Under the pieces are notes generated by a model. The model was not told the DNA's origin and searched no databases. It saw only the letters and a list, made by a program, of their open reading frames with translations. Position numbers and translations under genes: made by a program. This document shows, one piece after another, positions 17,742 through 28,835 of a stretch of 63,129 bases of DNA. Every line of letters begins with the position of its first letter. Position 1 is the stretch's first letter. The DNA lies in assembly GCA_946407495.1 (NCBI GenBank), contig CAMJOB010000003.1, forward strand, positions 1 to 63,129, read 5' to 3'. Origin of the DNA: an uncultured Bacillota bacterium. Lineage in GTDB: Bacteria; Bacillota_I; Bacilli_A; RF39; UBA660.

Positions 17742-19625
17742 GTGAGAAATTTGAGCAAGAATAGTAGTAAGAGGGTAGCAACCCCTTGGTATAAATTTTA
17801 TGGAGATGAGAAGGAACATTTAGAGTATCCTGATTTTTCTGCATATAAATTAATCGAATATACTGCAAGTAAACATTTAAACAATATTAGTTATAATTAT
17901 TATGGAAATAAGAAAACTTATCATGAGTTTTTAAAACAAATAGATGATACTGCAAGAGCATTTAAAGCAATTGGTGTTAAGCATCGTGATGTAGTTAGTA
18001 TCTGTATGCCTAATACTCCAGAAGGTATTATTGCATTCTATGCAGCTAATAAGATTGGTGCAATTGCAAGTATGATTCATCCACTTAGTGCAGAAAACGA
18101 AATTAAACATTATTTACGTATTTCTAAAACTGAATGGTTAGTATGTATTGATTTTACTTATGAAAAAGTAAGTAGAATTATGAAAGAGACTAAGTTAAAG
18201 AAAGTAATAACTGTAAGTGTTAGTGAGTCTATGCCACCACTTATTAAGTCTATTTATACAGCAACTAATATGTCTAAGACATTAATTTCATTGAATCCAA
18301 TTCATTATTTAAATGGAGTTACTAATCCTACTGAGAAGGATAATAATAAGAAGAAAATTGCTTGGAGAGATTTCATTAGATTAGGAAAAGATTATGAAAA
18401 AGAAATAGATGATGGATTTAAGGGTAAAGAAGTAGCTGCAATACTTTATTCAGGTGGTACTACTGGTACTCCTAAGGGTGTTAAGTTAACTAACTTAAAC
18501 TTAAATGCAGCAGCAATGCAAAACTTTGAACATGTTGGATGTTTAAGAGATAAAGATAAAGTACTTGCGATTATGCCAATATTCCATGGATTTGGTTTAG
18601 TTGTATGTATCCATTGTGTTCAATATTTTGGTGGTACAAGTATATTACTTCCACAATTTAGTGCGAAGACATTCGATAAGATTGTTAAGAAGTATGAACC
18701 AAACGTAATTGTTGGTGTTCCTACATTGTTTGAAGCAATGACTAAGAATAAGAATTTCGATCATATGAAGATGCCATATGTTACATGTGTTATTTCTGGA
18801 GGAGATTCTTTATCAATTGAACTTAAGAAGAAATTTGATGAATGGTTAGAGAAACATAAATCTCCAACTGTTATTCGTGAAGGTTATGGATTAACTGAGT
18901 GTTGTGCAGCTAGTTGTTTTACACCACTTAAATATTATCGTCCAGGAAGTATTGGAATTCCATATCCAGATACATATTACAAAATCGTAGAAGATGGTAC
19001 TGAGAAGGAAGTTCCTTATGGTACTGAGGGTGAAATTGTTATTACTGGTCCAACTATTATGGCTGGTTATATTCATAATAGAAAAGAGACTAAACAAACA
19101 CTTCGTAAGCATAAAGATGGACGTGTTTGGTTACATACTGGTGATGAAGGTACAATGGATCAAGATGGATTTGTATACTTCAAGGGTAGAAGTAAACGTA
19201 TGATTATTTCATCTGGTTATAATATTTATCCAAATAATATTGAGAATGTAATTGATTCTCATCCAGATGTTTCTATGTCATGTGTTATTGGTATACCACA
19301 TCCATATAAAGTAATGGTTGCGAAAGCATTTATTGTATTAAAAGATCCTAGTAAAGAAACAGAAGAAACTATTAATTCTATTAAAGAATTAGTAGAGAAG
19401 AACTTAGCTAGATTCTCATGGCCATATGCTTATGAGTTTAGAAGAGAATTACCTAAGACTCCAATTGGAAAAGTAGCATTTAATGTACTAATCCATGAAG
19501 AAGAGATGAAACATAATAAACCTGAATTTGAACAACAAGAAGAATTACTAGAACAAGTAGAAGACGAAACAGGTAGTGACGAATTATTAGATAATTTAAA
19601 GGTTGAAAAAGAAGAAAAGAAATAA
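17742..19625 (+). CDS. AMP-dependent synthetase/ligase (long-chain fatty acid-CoA ligase-like)
   Basis: AMP-binding motif YSGGTTGTPKGV, GYGLTE and TGD motifs, and an acidic C-terminal tail. The start codon is uncertain (GTG at 17742 or TTG at 17751). Confidence 0.85.
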   Translation: MRNLSKNSSKRVATPWYKFYGDEKEHLEYPDFSAYKLIEYTASKHLNNISYNYYGNKKTYHEFLKQIDDTARAFKAIGVKHRDVVSICMPNTPEGIIAFYAANKIGAIASMIHPLSAENEIKHYLRISKTEWLVCIDFTYEKVSRIMKETKLKKVITVSVSESMPPLIKSIYTATNMSKTLISLNPIHYLNGVTNPTEKDNNKKKIAWRDFIRLGKDYEKEIDDGFKGKEVAAILYSGGTTGTPKGVKLTNLNLNAAAMQNFEHVGCLRDKDKVLAIMPIFHGFGLVVCIHCVQYFGGTSILLPQFSAKTFDKIVKKYEPNVIVGVPTLFEAMTKNKNFDHMKMPYVTCVISGGDSLSIELKKKFDEWLEKHKSPTVIREGYGLTECCAASCFTPLKYYRPGSIGIPYPDTYYKIVEDGTEKEVPYGTEGEIVITGPTIMAGYIHNRKETKQTLRKHKDGRVWLHTGDEGTMDQDGFVYFKGRSKRMIISSGYNIYPNNIENVIDSHPDVSMSCVIGIPHPYKVMVAKAFIVLKDPSKETEETINSIKELVEKNLARFSWPYAYEFRRELPKTPIGKVAFNVLIHEEEMKHNKPEFEQQEELLEQVEDETGSDELLDNLKVEKEEKK

Positions 19626-19718
19626 TCTTTTCTTTTTTATTGTAAAAAATAAAATATTTGTTCGATTTTCTTTACTTATGATTTTATTTTATTATATAAT
19701 GATAATGGAGTTGATAAG

Positions 19719-20282
19719 ATGTTTGATTATATAAAAGGTACTGTAACAAATATAAAAACAAATGCAATTGTATTAGATAATAATGGAGTAGGATATTTAT
19801 TATATGTAGCTAATCCATATGCATTTGAATTAAATAAAGATTATAAAGTTTATGTTTATCAACAAATAATGGAGAATGAACATTTACTATATGGATTTAA
19901 ATTATTAGAAGAAAAAGAATTATTCTTAAAATTAATTAGTGTTAAAGGATTAGGATGTAAGATGGCATTACCTTTCTTGTCTACTGGTTCTATTGATGGA
20001 ATTATGGATGCGATTGAAAGAGAGAATGTTTTATATCTTAAGAAATTTCCTAAGATTGGAGATAAACTTGCTAAACAAATTATTCTTGATTTAAAAGGAA
20101 AATTAGAGTTTATTGGTGTTGGTATTAGTGATGATCAAGTTCAAACTGAGAGTGATTTAAAAGAGGTTTTAATTGGTCTTGGTTACAAAGAAAAAGAAAT
20201 AGTACCAGTACTAGCAAAAGTAGATACTTCATTAAAGTTAGAAGATCAAGTAAAAGATGCATTAAAACTATTATTAAGATAG
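19719..20282 (+). CDS. ruvA: Holliday junction DNA helicase subunit RuvA
   Basis: MFDYIKG N-terminus, HhH region (VKGLGCKMA), adjacent to ruvB. Confidence 0.92.
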   Translation: MFDYIKGTVTNIKTNAIVLDNNGVGYLLYVANPYAFELNKDYKVYVYQQIMENEHLLYGFKLLEEKELFLKLISVKGLGCKMALPFLSTGSIDGIMDAIERENVLYLKKFPKIGDKLAKQIILDLKGKLEFIGVGISDDQVQTESDLKEVLIGLGYKEKEIVPVLAKVDTSLKLEDQVKDALKLLLR

Positions 20283-20294
20283 TGGGAGGTTCTT

Positions 20295-21296
20295 ATGAAA
20301 GAGGAAAGTGTTATTACTAATTATTCATTATTTGATGATAAAGAGATGGATAATACTATTCGTCCTGAGAGTATAGAAGAATATATTGGACAAACTGATG
20401 TTAAAGAGAATATTAAAGTCTTTGTAGAAGCTGCAAAGATGCGTAATGAACCATTAGATCATGTTTTGTTATATGGTCCTCCTGGTTTAGGTAAAACTAC
20501 TTTAGCATTTATTATTGCTCATGAGATGGGTACTCATATTAAAACAGCAAGTGGTCCTAGTATTGAGAAGAGTGGAGATTTAGCTGCTATTCTTTCATCA
20601 TTAGAACCTGGTGATGTATTATTTATTGATGAGATTCATCGTATGCCTAGATATATTGAAGAAATTCTTTATCCAGCAATGGAAGATTTTTCTTTAGATA
20701 TTATTGTAGGTAGTGAAGGTAATAGTAGAAATATTAGAATAGATTTACCTCCATTTACTTTAGTAGGTGCTACTACTAGAGCAGGAGATTTATCTAGTCC
20801 ACTTAGAGATAGATTTGGAATTGTATCTAAATTACAATATTATACTGTTCCAGAGTTAGAGAGTATTATTAAACGTACTGCTAGAGTTCTTGGAGTTAGT
20901 GTAGATGATGATGCAGCTTTCGAATTAGCTAAGCGTAGTAGAGGTACTCCACGTATTGCGAATAGGTTATTTAAACGTGTAAGAGACTTTGCTTTAGTTA
21001 AAAATAATGGTGTAGTAAGTTATGATATTACACTAGAAGCATTAGATAGATTAAAAGTAGATTATTTAGGACTTGATGGAACTGACCATGAGTACTTAAA
21101 TGCTATTATTCATAAATTTAATGGTGGACCTGTTGGAATTGAAGCTATTGCAGCTTCTATTAGTGAAGAAGTTACTACTATTGAAGATGTATGTGAACCA
21201 TATTTATTACAAATTGGTTTAATTAAAAGAACAAGTAGAGGAAGGGTTGCGACAGATAAAGCATACCAACTACTTGGCATAGAGAAAGAAATGTGA
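20295..21296 (+). CDS. ruvB: Holliday junction DNA helicase RuvB
   Basis: Walker [10 protein letters not shown], Walker B FIDEIH, and [10 protein letters not shown]. Confidence 0.97.
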   Translation: MKEESVITNYSLFDDKEMDNTIRPESIEEYIGQTDVKENIKVFVEAAKMRNEPLDHVLLYGPPGLGKTTLAFIIAHEMGTHIKTASGPSIEKSGDLAAILSSLEPGDVLFIDEIHRMPRYIEEILYPAMEDFSLDIIVGSEGNSRNIRIDLPPFTLVGATTRAGDLSSPLRDRFGIVSKLQYYTVPELESIIKRTARVLGVSVDDDAAFELAKRSRGTPRIANRLFKRVRDFALVKNNGVVSYDITLEALDRLKVDYLGLDGTDHEYLNAIIHKFNGGPVGIEAIAASISEEVTTIEDVCEPYLLQIGLIKRTSRGRVATDKAYQLLGIEKEM

Positions 21297-21351
21297 TATA
21301 ATAAGGCGAAATTACTGCTTAGTAGGCAGTATTTTTCTTGGAGGGGTATAA

Positions 21352-22377
21352 ATGGAAGTAAAGGATTTTGATTATTATTTACCTGAAGAATTAATTGCAC
21401 AAACTCCATTAAAGGTAAGAGATTCATCTAGATTATTAGTTTTAGATAAAGAAAATGGTAATGTAGAACATAAAGTATTTTCTAATATTATTGATTATTT
21501 AGAAAAGGGAGATACTTTAGTTTTAAATGATACAAAAGTATTACCTGCTAGACTTATTGGAGTTAAAGAAGATACTGGTGCAGTTATTGAAATATTACTT
21601 TTAAAGAATCTTGAAGGAGACGAATGGGAATGTTTAGTTAAACCTGCTAGACGTATTAAAGTAGGTACTGTTGTTTCTTTTGGAGAAGGTAAATTAAAAG
21701 TAGAATGTACTGGTGAATTTGATGAAGGTATTCGTCATTTTAAATTACTTTATAACGGAATATTAATGGAAATATTAGAGGAATTAGGTACTATGCCACT
21801 TCCTCCATATATACATGAAAAACTAGAGGATCAAAGTAGATATCAAACAGTATATGCTAAAGAAGTAGGTAGTGCTGCAGCTCCTACTGCAGGTCTTCAT
21901 TTTACTAAAGAATTATTAAAAAATATTGAAGATAAAGGTATTAATATTTGTTATGTAACTCTACATGTTGGTCTTGGTACTTTTAGACCTGTTAGTGTTG
22001 ATAAAATAGAAGATCATGAAATGCATAGTGAATATTATCAAATGACTAAGGAAGTTGCTGATAAATTAAATGAAACTAAAAAGAATGGTGGACGTATTAT
22101 TGCGGTAGGTACTACTAGTACGCGTACACTAGAAACTATTATGTCTACATATGGAACATTTAAAGAATGTAGTGGCTGGACAAATATCTTTATTTATCCA
22201 GGATATGAGTTTAAAGCAATTGATTGTTTAATCACAAATTTCCATTTACCAAAGTCTACATTAGTAATGCTTGTTAGTGCTTTGGCAGGAAGAGAAAATA
22301 TATTAAATGCATATAAGATTGCAGTAGATGAGAAATATAGATTCTTCTCATTTGGTGATGCAATGTTTATTAAATAG
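21352..22377 (+). CDS. queA: S-adenosylmethionine:tRNA ribosyltransferase-isomerase
   Basis: [19 protein letters not shown] and GTTSTRTLE motifs. Confidence 0.96.
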   Translation: MEVKDFDYYLPEELIAQTPLKVRDSSRLLVLDKENGNVEHKVFSNIIDYLEKGDTLVLNDTKVLPARLIGVKEDTGAVIEILLLKNLEGDEWECLVKPARRIKVGTVVSFGEGKLKVECTGEFDEGIRHFKLLYNGILMEILEELGTMPLPPYIHEKLEDQSRYQTVYAKEVGSAAAPTAGLHFTKELLKNIEDKGINICYVTLHVGLGTFRPVSVDKIEDHEMHSEYYQMTKEVADKLNETKKNGGRIIAVGTTSTRTLETIMSTYGTFKECSGWTNIFIYPGYEFKAIDCLITNFHLPKSTLVMLVSALAGRENILNAYKIAVDEKYRFFSFGDAMFIK

Positions 22378-22397
22378 TACATTGAGGGGGTACGATT

Positions 22398-23081
22398 ATG
22401 GAAAGAAAAATTAAATCATTTTATACAGATTTAACAGAAGCTCATAAATTACATGTAGAGATGGAAGATAATTCTACAATGACTTTTGATAGAACTGAAG
22501 AAAGCATAAGAAATCTTGATAGTTTATTAAAAGAACAAGCAAAAGAAAGAATAGAAGAAATAGATGTTGAATTAGATAAAACATTAGACGTTACTGGTGT
22601 TGATGCTGCTACTTGTTTAGTTGGATATGGTGGTATTGTATCTGCAGTAATTTGTGGTATCTATGGAACTGCTGCTATGGTTCATGGTAATGCAGATAAT
22701 ATGGGAACTATTTTATTAAGTGTTGCTGGTGGAAGTGCTGGTCTTGCAGTTATTTCTAAATGCATTTTATCTTCTAAAGAAAAAAGACATTTTAAGAAGA
22801 AACAAGAATTACGTGAAGAAAAAGAAAAACTAGAGTTTATAAATGATAATACTCGTATTTTACGTAGTTTTCCTAAGTATAAAAATGCTTTAGCTGGTTT
22901 ATCTAATGATCAATCAAATCATATTAAGTTTTGTCCATTACCATTTACTATAGTAGATGTTGATAAATTTAAGATTGAAGATTTAGAAAGAATTGTAGAT
23001 AATATTAGACTCGAGAATAAACTTGCTGCTGAAGCACTTAGAAAGCAAGAACAAAAAGTTAAACAAAAAAAGATGCGTTAA
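22398..23081 (+). CDS. hypothetical membrane protein (227 aa) with Gly-zipper TM pair and coiled-coil flanks
   Basis: Central segment GYGGIVSAVICGIYGTAAMV...LLSVAGGSAGLAVI. GAGGGGG RBS, and a terminator at its 3' end. Confidence 0.5.
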   Translation: MERKIKSFYTDLTEAHKLHVEMEDNSTMTFDRTEESIRNLDSLLKEQAKERIEEIDVELDKTLDVTGVDAATCLVGYGGIVSAVICGIYGTAAMVHGNADNMGTILLSVAGGSAGLAVISKCILSSKEKRHFKKKQELREEKEKLEFINDNTRILRSFPKYKNALAGLSNDQSNHIKFCPLPFTIVDVDKFKIEDLERIVDNIRLENKLAAEALRKQEQKVKQKKMR

Positions 23082-23110
23082 TGCATCTTTTATTTACGAT
23101 TAATAAATAA

Positions 23111-24262
<1,152 letters not shown>

Positions 24263-24277
24263 AAATACTTATTTTTT

Positions 24278-24526
24278 TTATAAATAAAAAACTGGATTAT
24301 TTGTTTGCTTCGGTGTAGTAGGTACGGAATTATTTGTTGGTTCATTAATCATATTAGCTATTTTAAATACTGATCTCATATTAGATACCATTGGTTTTAC
24401 TTGATAAACAATAGGGATAGCTTGATTTATTACTCCTAAAGTCTTTTGAGTACCATCTAAAATTCCTCCCCATTTTATTCCTTTTAACATTTCTAATAAT
24501 CCAGGTTTATATGGATAAGGGTACAT
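24278..24526 (-). CDS. small VrrA/YqfQ-like protein (82 aa)
   Basis: Pattern GGILDGTQKTLGVINQAIPIVYQVKPMVSNM resembles B. subtilis YqfQ. Recalled from memory, not searched. Confidence 0.4.
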   Translation of the reverse strand: MYPYPYKPGLLEMLKGIKWGGILDGTQKTLGVINQAIPIVYQVKPMVSNMRSVFKIANMINEPTNNSVPTTPKQTNNPVFYL

Positions 24527-24720
24527 TTTACCACCTCTTATATTAGTCTATGTAAAAATAAATCAAATAGTTCATTTCTTGTTTCCAAAAAATAAGTAGT
24601 ATGCTACAATAATAATAGAATAATAAGGTGACCACGGACTAATATTGTATAGATATTAGTTTGTTATGGTTAAGTAGGTTATGGAAATATATAGATCCAG
24701 ATCCTACAGGAGGTGTTACT

Positions 24721-26070
24721 ATGCAACAACCTACAACTGCTGCTCCAGCTGCTCAACAACCAGTAGCTCAAGCTCCTGTTAATGCAGGTGCTGCTCCAGC
24801 TGCTCAACAAAATCCTGTTGCCGGAGTTCCTGGTCAAAATGGTCAACAACGTGAAAGAATGCCTTTAAAAGGTTTTAAATATACAATTATTAATGGGGTT
24901 GGAAAGAAAGAAAACGGTACTATCAATACTGAATCTATTGAAGATGCTCGTAGTTTCTTAACTCAATTAGAATATCAAATCCTTTCTTTGGAAGAAAGAA
25001 GTAAAATGGATATTGATATTAATATTGGTAATAAAATAGGAGCAGCAGATTTATCTTTCTGTTTAACTCAATTATCAACATATATTAAAGCCGGAATTCC
25101 ATTAGTTGATTCTGTTAAGATTTTAGCTAAACAATCTAGTAAACAAATTTTAAAGAAAAACTTTTATCAAATAGTTTATGAGTTATTAAGAGGACAAAGT
25201 TTCTCTGAAGCTTTACTTGCTCAAGGAAATGTTTTCCCTAAGCTACTTATCAATATGGTAAAGACTGCTGAAATGACTGGTGATTTACCATCTATCTTGG
25301 ATGATATGGCTGAGTACTATACAAGTATGGATAATACACGTAAACAAATGAAGTCAGCAATGACTTACCCAATAGTTGTATTATCTTTAGCATTTGGTGT
25401 TTTAATCTTCATGTTAACTTACTTAGTTCCACAGTTCTCATCAATGTTCCAAGATAATGGAGCTAGTTTACCTGCTTTAACACAAGCAATTTTAAATATT
25501 TCAGGATTTATTCAAAATTATTATTTATATATGATTCTTGGAATTGCTGCCGGAGTTGGAGCATTTATATATTGTTATAAAAATATTAAGAGTTTCCGTA
25601 CCGTAGTACAAATTGTTTTGATGCATATTCCAGTTTTTGGAAAAATTATTATTTATAATGAAATAGCTAACTTTACTAAGACATTTGCATCACTTATCAA
25701 CCATGGGGTTTTCATTACTGATTCGATGGAAATCTTAAGTAAAGTTACTTCAAATGAAGTATATATTCGTATTATTAATAAGACATTAGTTAACCTAGGA
25801 AAAGGTGATTCAATTTCTTCTGCCTTCCGTGGTGAGTGGGCAATACCAGTTGTTGCGTATGAAATGATTGTTACTGGTGAGTCTACTGGTCAATTAGGTC
25901 AGATGATGGAAAAAGTTGCAACTCACTTCCAAGGGTTACATAAAAATATAATTGATCAGATGAAGAGTTTGATTGAACCATTACTTATTGTATTCTTAGC
26001 AGGAGTAGTTGGAGTTATCTTAATCTCTATTGTTCAACCAATGTTTGCAATCTATCAAACAGTACAATAG
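24721..26070 (+). CDS. type IV pilus / competence platform protein (GspF/PilC/ComGB family) with Q/A/P-rich N-terminal extension
   Basis: Two GspF repeats (LSTYIKAGIPL..., LINHGVFI...), three TM segments, and the F-Y-x-x pattern (KGFKYTIING). Start at the ATG after AGGAGG, not the upstream TTG. Confidence 0.85.
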   Translation: MQQPTTAAPAAQQPVAQAPVNAGAAPAAQQNPVAGVPGQNGQQRERMPLKGFKYTIINGVGKKENGTINTESIEDARSFLTQLEYQILSLEERSKMDIDINIGNKIGAADLSFCLTQLSTYIKAGIPLVDSVKILAKQSSKQILKKNFYQIVYELLRGQSFSEALLAQGNVFPKLLINMVKTAEMTGDLPSILDDMAEYYTSMDNTRKQMKSAMTYPIVVLSLAFGVLIFMLTYLVPQFSSMFQDNGASLPALTQAILNISGFIQNYYLYMILGIAAGVGAFIYCYKNIKSFRTVVQIVLMHIPVFGKIIIYNEIANFTKTFASLINHGVFITDSMEILSKVTSNEVYIRIINKTLVNLGKGDSISSAFRGEWAIPVVAYEMIVTGESTGQLGQMMEKVATHFQGLHKNIIDQMKSLIEPLLIVFLAGVVGVILISIVQPMFAIYQTVQ

Positions 26071-26081
26071 GAGGGAGAGTT

Positions 26082-26834
26082 ATGATACTATACTTTTTCT
26101 TCTTCTTCCTTGTTGGAGTTGGATCTGGTTTTTACTTCAATATTATTGGAAAAAGATTACCTAATGGGGAAGATATATTCGAACCAGAAAGATGCGAGAA
26201 TTGCGAATATGAATTTAAATGGTATGAAAATATACCATTAATTTCATTTTTTAAAGAGAGTGGAAGATGTCCTAAATGTCGTAATAAATTAGATATAGTT
26301 CCTATATTAAATGAACTATTTACAGGATTTTTATTTCTGTTATGTTATATAGTGTTTGGTATATCATATGATTTATTTATAGCTTTAGGTATTGTCTCAT
26401 TATTAATGCTTATTGTAATTACAGATTTAAATTATTATATTATTCCAGATGAAATATTAGTATTTTTTAATTTCTATTTTATGATTGTTTTATTCTTTCA
26501 ATTAGGATTTAATGGATTTGTAGGTAGAATATTGTCTGGTATATTCTTATTTGGAGTAATGTACTTTGTAATGTTCTTAGGAGATGTAATATTCAAGAAA
26601 GAATCATTAGGTGGAGGAGACGTTAAAATGATGTTTACCTTTGGATTAGTTCTTGGACCTGTAGTTGGATTACTTTCAATATTTGTAAGTAGTTTTATTG
26701 CATTACCAGTATCAATATTAATAATGTCTTTAAAGAAGGATAATTTAATTCCTTTTGGACCATTCTTATTAATATCATTACTATTACTATTCTTTATGCA
26801 GATAGATACTAGTATGTTATTTCACATGATTTAA
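26082..26834 (+). CDS. prepilin peptidase (A24 family, PilD/ComC)
   Basis: CxxC...CxxC zinc motif, and catalytic Asp motifs ITDLNYYIIPD and GGGDVKMM. Confidence 0.88.
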   Translation: MILYFFFFFLVGVGSGFYFNIIGKRLPNGEDIFEPERCENCEYEFKWYENIPLISFFKESGRCPKCRNKLDIVPILNELFTGFLFLLCYIVFGISYDLFIALGIVSLLMLIVITDLNYYIIPDEILVFFNFYFMIVLFFQLGFNGFVGRILSGIFLFGVMYFVMFLGDVIFKKESLGGGDVKMMFTFGLVLGPVVGLLSIFVSSFIALPVSILIMSLKKDNLIPFGPFLLISLLLLFFMQIDTSMLFHMI

Positions 26835-26893
26835 AAGAAAGTTACTCTTTCTTTTTTTTTGATTTTCATTTATGATAAAAACAGGTGATGGGT

Positions 26894-28186
26894 ATGAAAA
26901 ATTTAACAATATTACCAGCAGATACTTATACTGTTATTAATAAGAGTGTTATTAATGATAGTGATATTAAATTGGTTACTATGTTGTATCAACCAATTAT
27001 TGGTTTTGCAGCAGTATCTTTGTATCTTACTCTAATAGATGATTTAGATAAAAGAGATGTTATGAGTGAAGATTTAACTCATCATCATTTAATGAGTACT
27101 ATGCAATTAAAGTTAGATGATATAGTAGTAGCTCGTGAGAAGTTAGAGGCTGTAGGATTACTTAAAACTTATTTAAAAAAGGGTGGAGTTAATCAATATG
27201 CATACCTTTTATATTCACCAATATCTGCTTATGAGTTTTTCTCTCATCCAATATTAAATGTAGTTTTATATAATAATGTAGGTAAAAAGGAATATGATAA
27301 GTTATTAAACTTCTATAAAGTACCTAGAGTAGTATTAAAAGATTATGAAGATGTAACTGCTTCTTTTGATGAAGTATTTAAAAGTGTACGTGGAAGTATT
27401 CTTGATTTAGAAGAAGATGTTATGAATAGAGAAAGTAATAATATCGTTCTTACTAAAGGAGTAGACTTTAATTTATTAATATCTTCTATACCTAATGATC
27501 TTATGAATGAGAAATGTTTTAGTGAAGATGTTAAAGAGTTAATTAATGCATTAAGTTTTACATATAATTTAAAGACTTTAGATATGCAGGGATTAGTTAG
27601 AGATTCTATTAATGAGAGAGGACTAATTGATAAGAATAAATTACGTAAGAGTTGTCGTGATTATTATCAATTTGAGAATAATGGTAATTTACCAACTCTT
27701 ATTTATCAAAAGCAACCTAGTTATTTAAAGACTCCTGATGGAGATAATAGTAAATGGGGTAGACTTGTATATGCTTTTGAGAATTTAACTCCATATCAAT
27801 TCTTAAAGGCTAAATATAAAGGTGCTGAACCTACTGCACGTGATAAACGTTTAATAGAAGATTTATTAGTAGAGCAAAAGTTTCATCCTGGGGTAGTAAA
27901 TGTTTTAATATCTTATGTTTTACAAGTTAATAATCAACAATTAAAGAAGAGTTATATTGAGACAATTGCTGGTCAGTGGAAGAGACTTAATATTCAAACA
28001 GTAGAGGAAGCAATGAAGTTTACTGTGAAAGAGTATAAGAAACTTAATAAAGAGTCTCCTAAAACTGTTACAAATACTAAAAATAAAAGTAGTGAACCTG
28101 TTTGGTTTAATACTAATCCAAATAAAAGTGAAATATCTGATGAAGAGTCTATGGAACTTGATAAGATACTTGAAGAACTTGTCTAA
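26894..28186 (+). CDS. replication initiation/membrane attachment protein (DnaB/DnaD-domain family)
   Basis: N-terminal winged-helix-like region (LVTMLYQPIIG...LYLTL) and C-terminal DnaD-like repeats (YQFL...KRLIEDL; IETIAGQWKR). Confidence 0.68.
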   Translation: MKNLTILPADTYTVINKSVINDSDIKLVTMLYQPIIGFAAVSLYLTLIDDLDKRDVMSEDLTHHHLMSTMQLKLDDIVVAREKLEAVGLLKTYLKKGGVNQYAYLLYSPISAYEFFSHPILNVVLYNNVGKKEYDKLLNFYKVPRVVLKDYEDVTASFDEVFKSVRGSILDLEEDVMNRESNNIVLTKGVDFNLLISSIPNDLMNEKCFSEDVKELINALSFTYNLKTLDMQGLVRDSINERGLIDKNKLRKSCRDYYQFENNGNLPTLIYQKQPSYLKTPDGDNSKWGRLVYAFENLTPYQFLKAKYKGAEPTARDKRLIEDLLVEQKFHPGVVNVLISYVLQVNNQQLKKSYIETIAGQWKRLNIQTVEEAMKFTVKEYKKLNKESPKTVTNTKNKSSEPVWFNTNPNKSEISDEESMELDKILEELV

Positions 28187-28267
28187 TACTGTAAAGAGCT
28201 AGTTCTTTTTCATTGTTTTGACAGTTTGTTCTATGGTATAGTTGTTATGTTAGTAAGGAGGAATTCC

Positions 28268-28756
28268 ATGGAACAAGAATTTAATGACATCATAGAACCA
28301 ATTGTTTCACTTGAGGATTATCAAAAACTTAAAGGTATTGCCCACCATGGGTTAACTCGTTATGATCATTGTATTAGAGTAGCACAAGGGGCTTATCGAA
28401 TTAGTAAAGCATTAAAGTTAGATTATGTTAAAGTTACTGAAGCAGCAATGCTACATGACTTTTTTATAGATGAAGTAAAAGATATGGGTGGATTAAAAAG
28501 ATTACAACAACATCCTAGATATGCATTAGAAAATGCGAAGAAGTATTTTAATTTAACACCTATGCAAGAAGATGTTATCTTAACTCATATGTTTCCAGTT
28601 ACTATAACTCCTCCTAAATATTTAGAGAGTTGGTTAGTAGATATAATTGATGATGTAGTAGCTGTTTATGAGAAATCTATTTCTACTAGAAGAGATTTAA
28701 AGCCAGTAAAAGCAATGATGTTTTTATTAGTAATTAATTTTATTAAATTGTTTTAA
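28268..28756 (+). CDS. HD-domain phosphohydrolase
   Basis: HHGLTRYDHCIRVA ... AAMLHDFF (H...HD...D). Start at the ATG after AAGGAGG. Confidence 0.75.
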   Translation: MEQEFNDIIEPIVSLEDYQKLKGIAHHGLTRYDHCIRVAQGAYRISKALKLDYVKVTEAAMLHDFFIDEVKDMGGLKRLQQHPRYALENAKKYFNLTPMQEDVILTHMFPVTITPPKYLESWLVDIIDDVVAVYEKSISTRRDLKPVKAMMFLLVINFIKLF

Positions 28757-28835
28757 ACAAAGGGGATTTTTATAAAATCTCATTTATTATTTGTTCGATT
28801 TATGTTATAATGTTGCTCAGAAAGAAGTGAATTAC

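Noticed and set aside
24661-24720. Upstream TTG start that would add 20 aa (MLWLSRLWKYIDPDPTGGVT) to the PilC-like protein.
   Set aside because: A strong AGGAGG sits 8 nt before the ATG at 24721 and would then lie inside the coding sequence. The ATG start is better supported.
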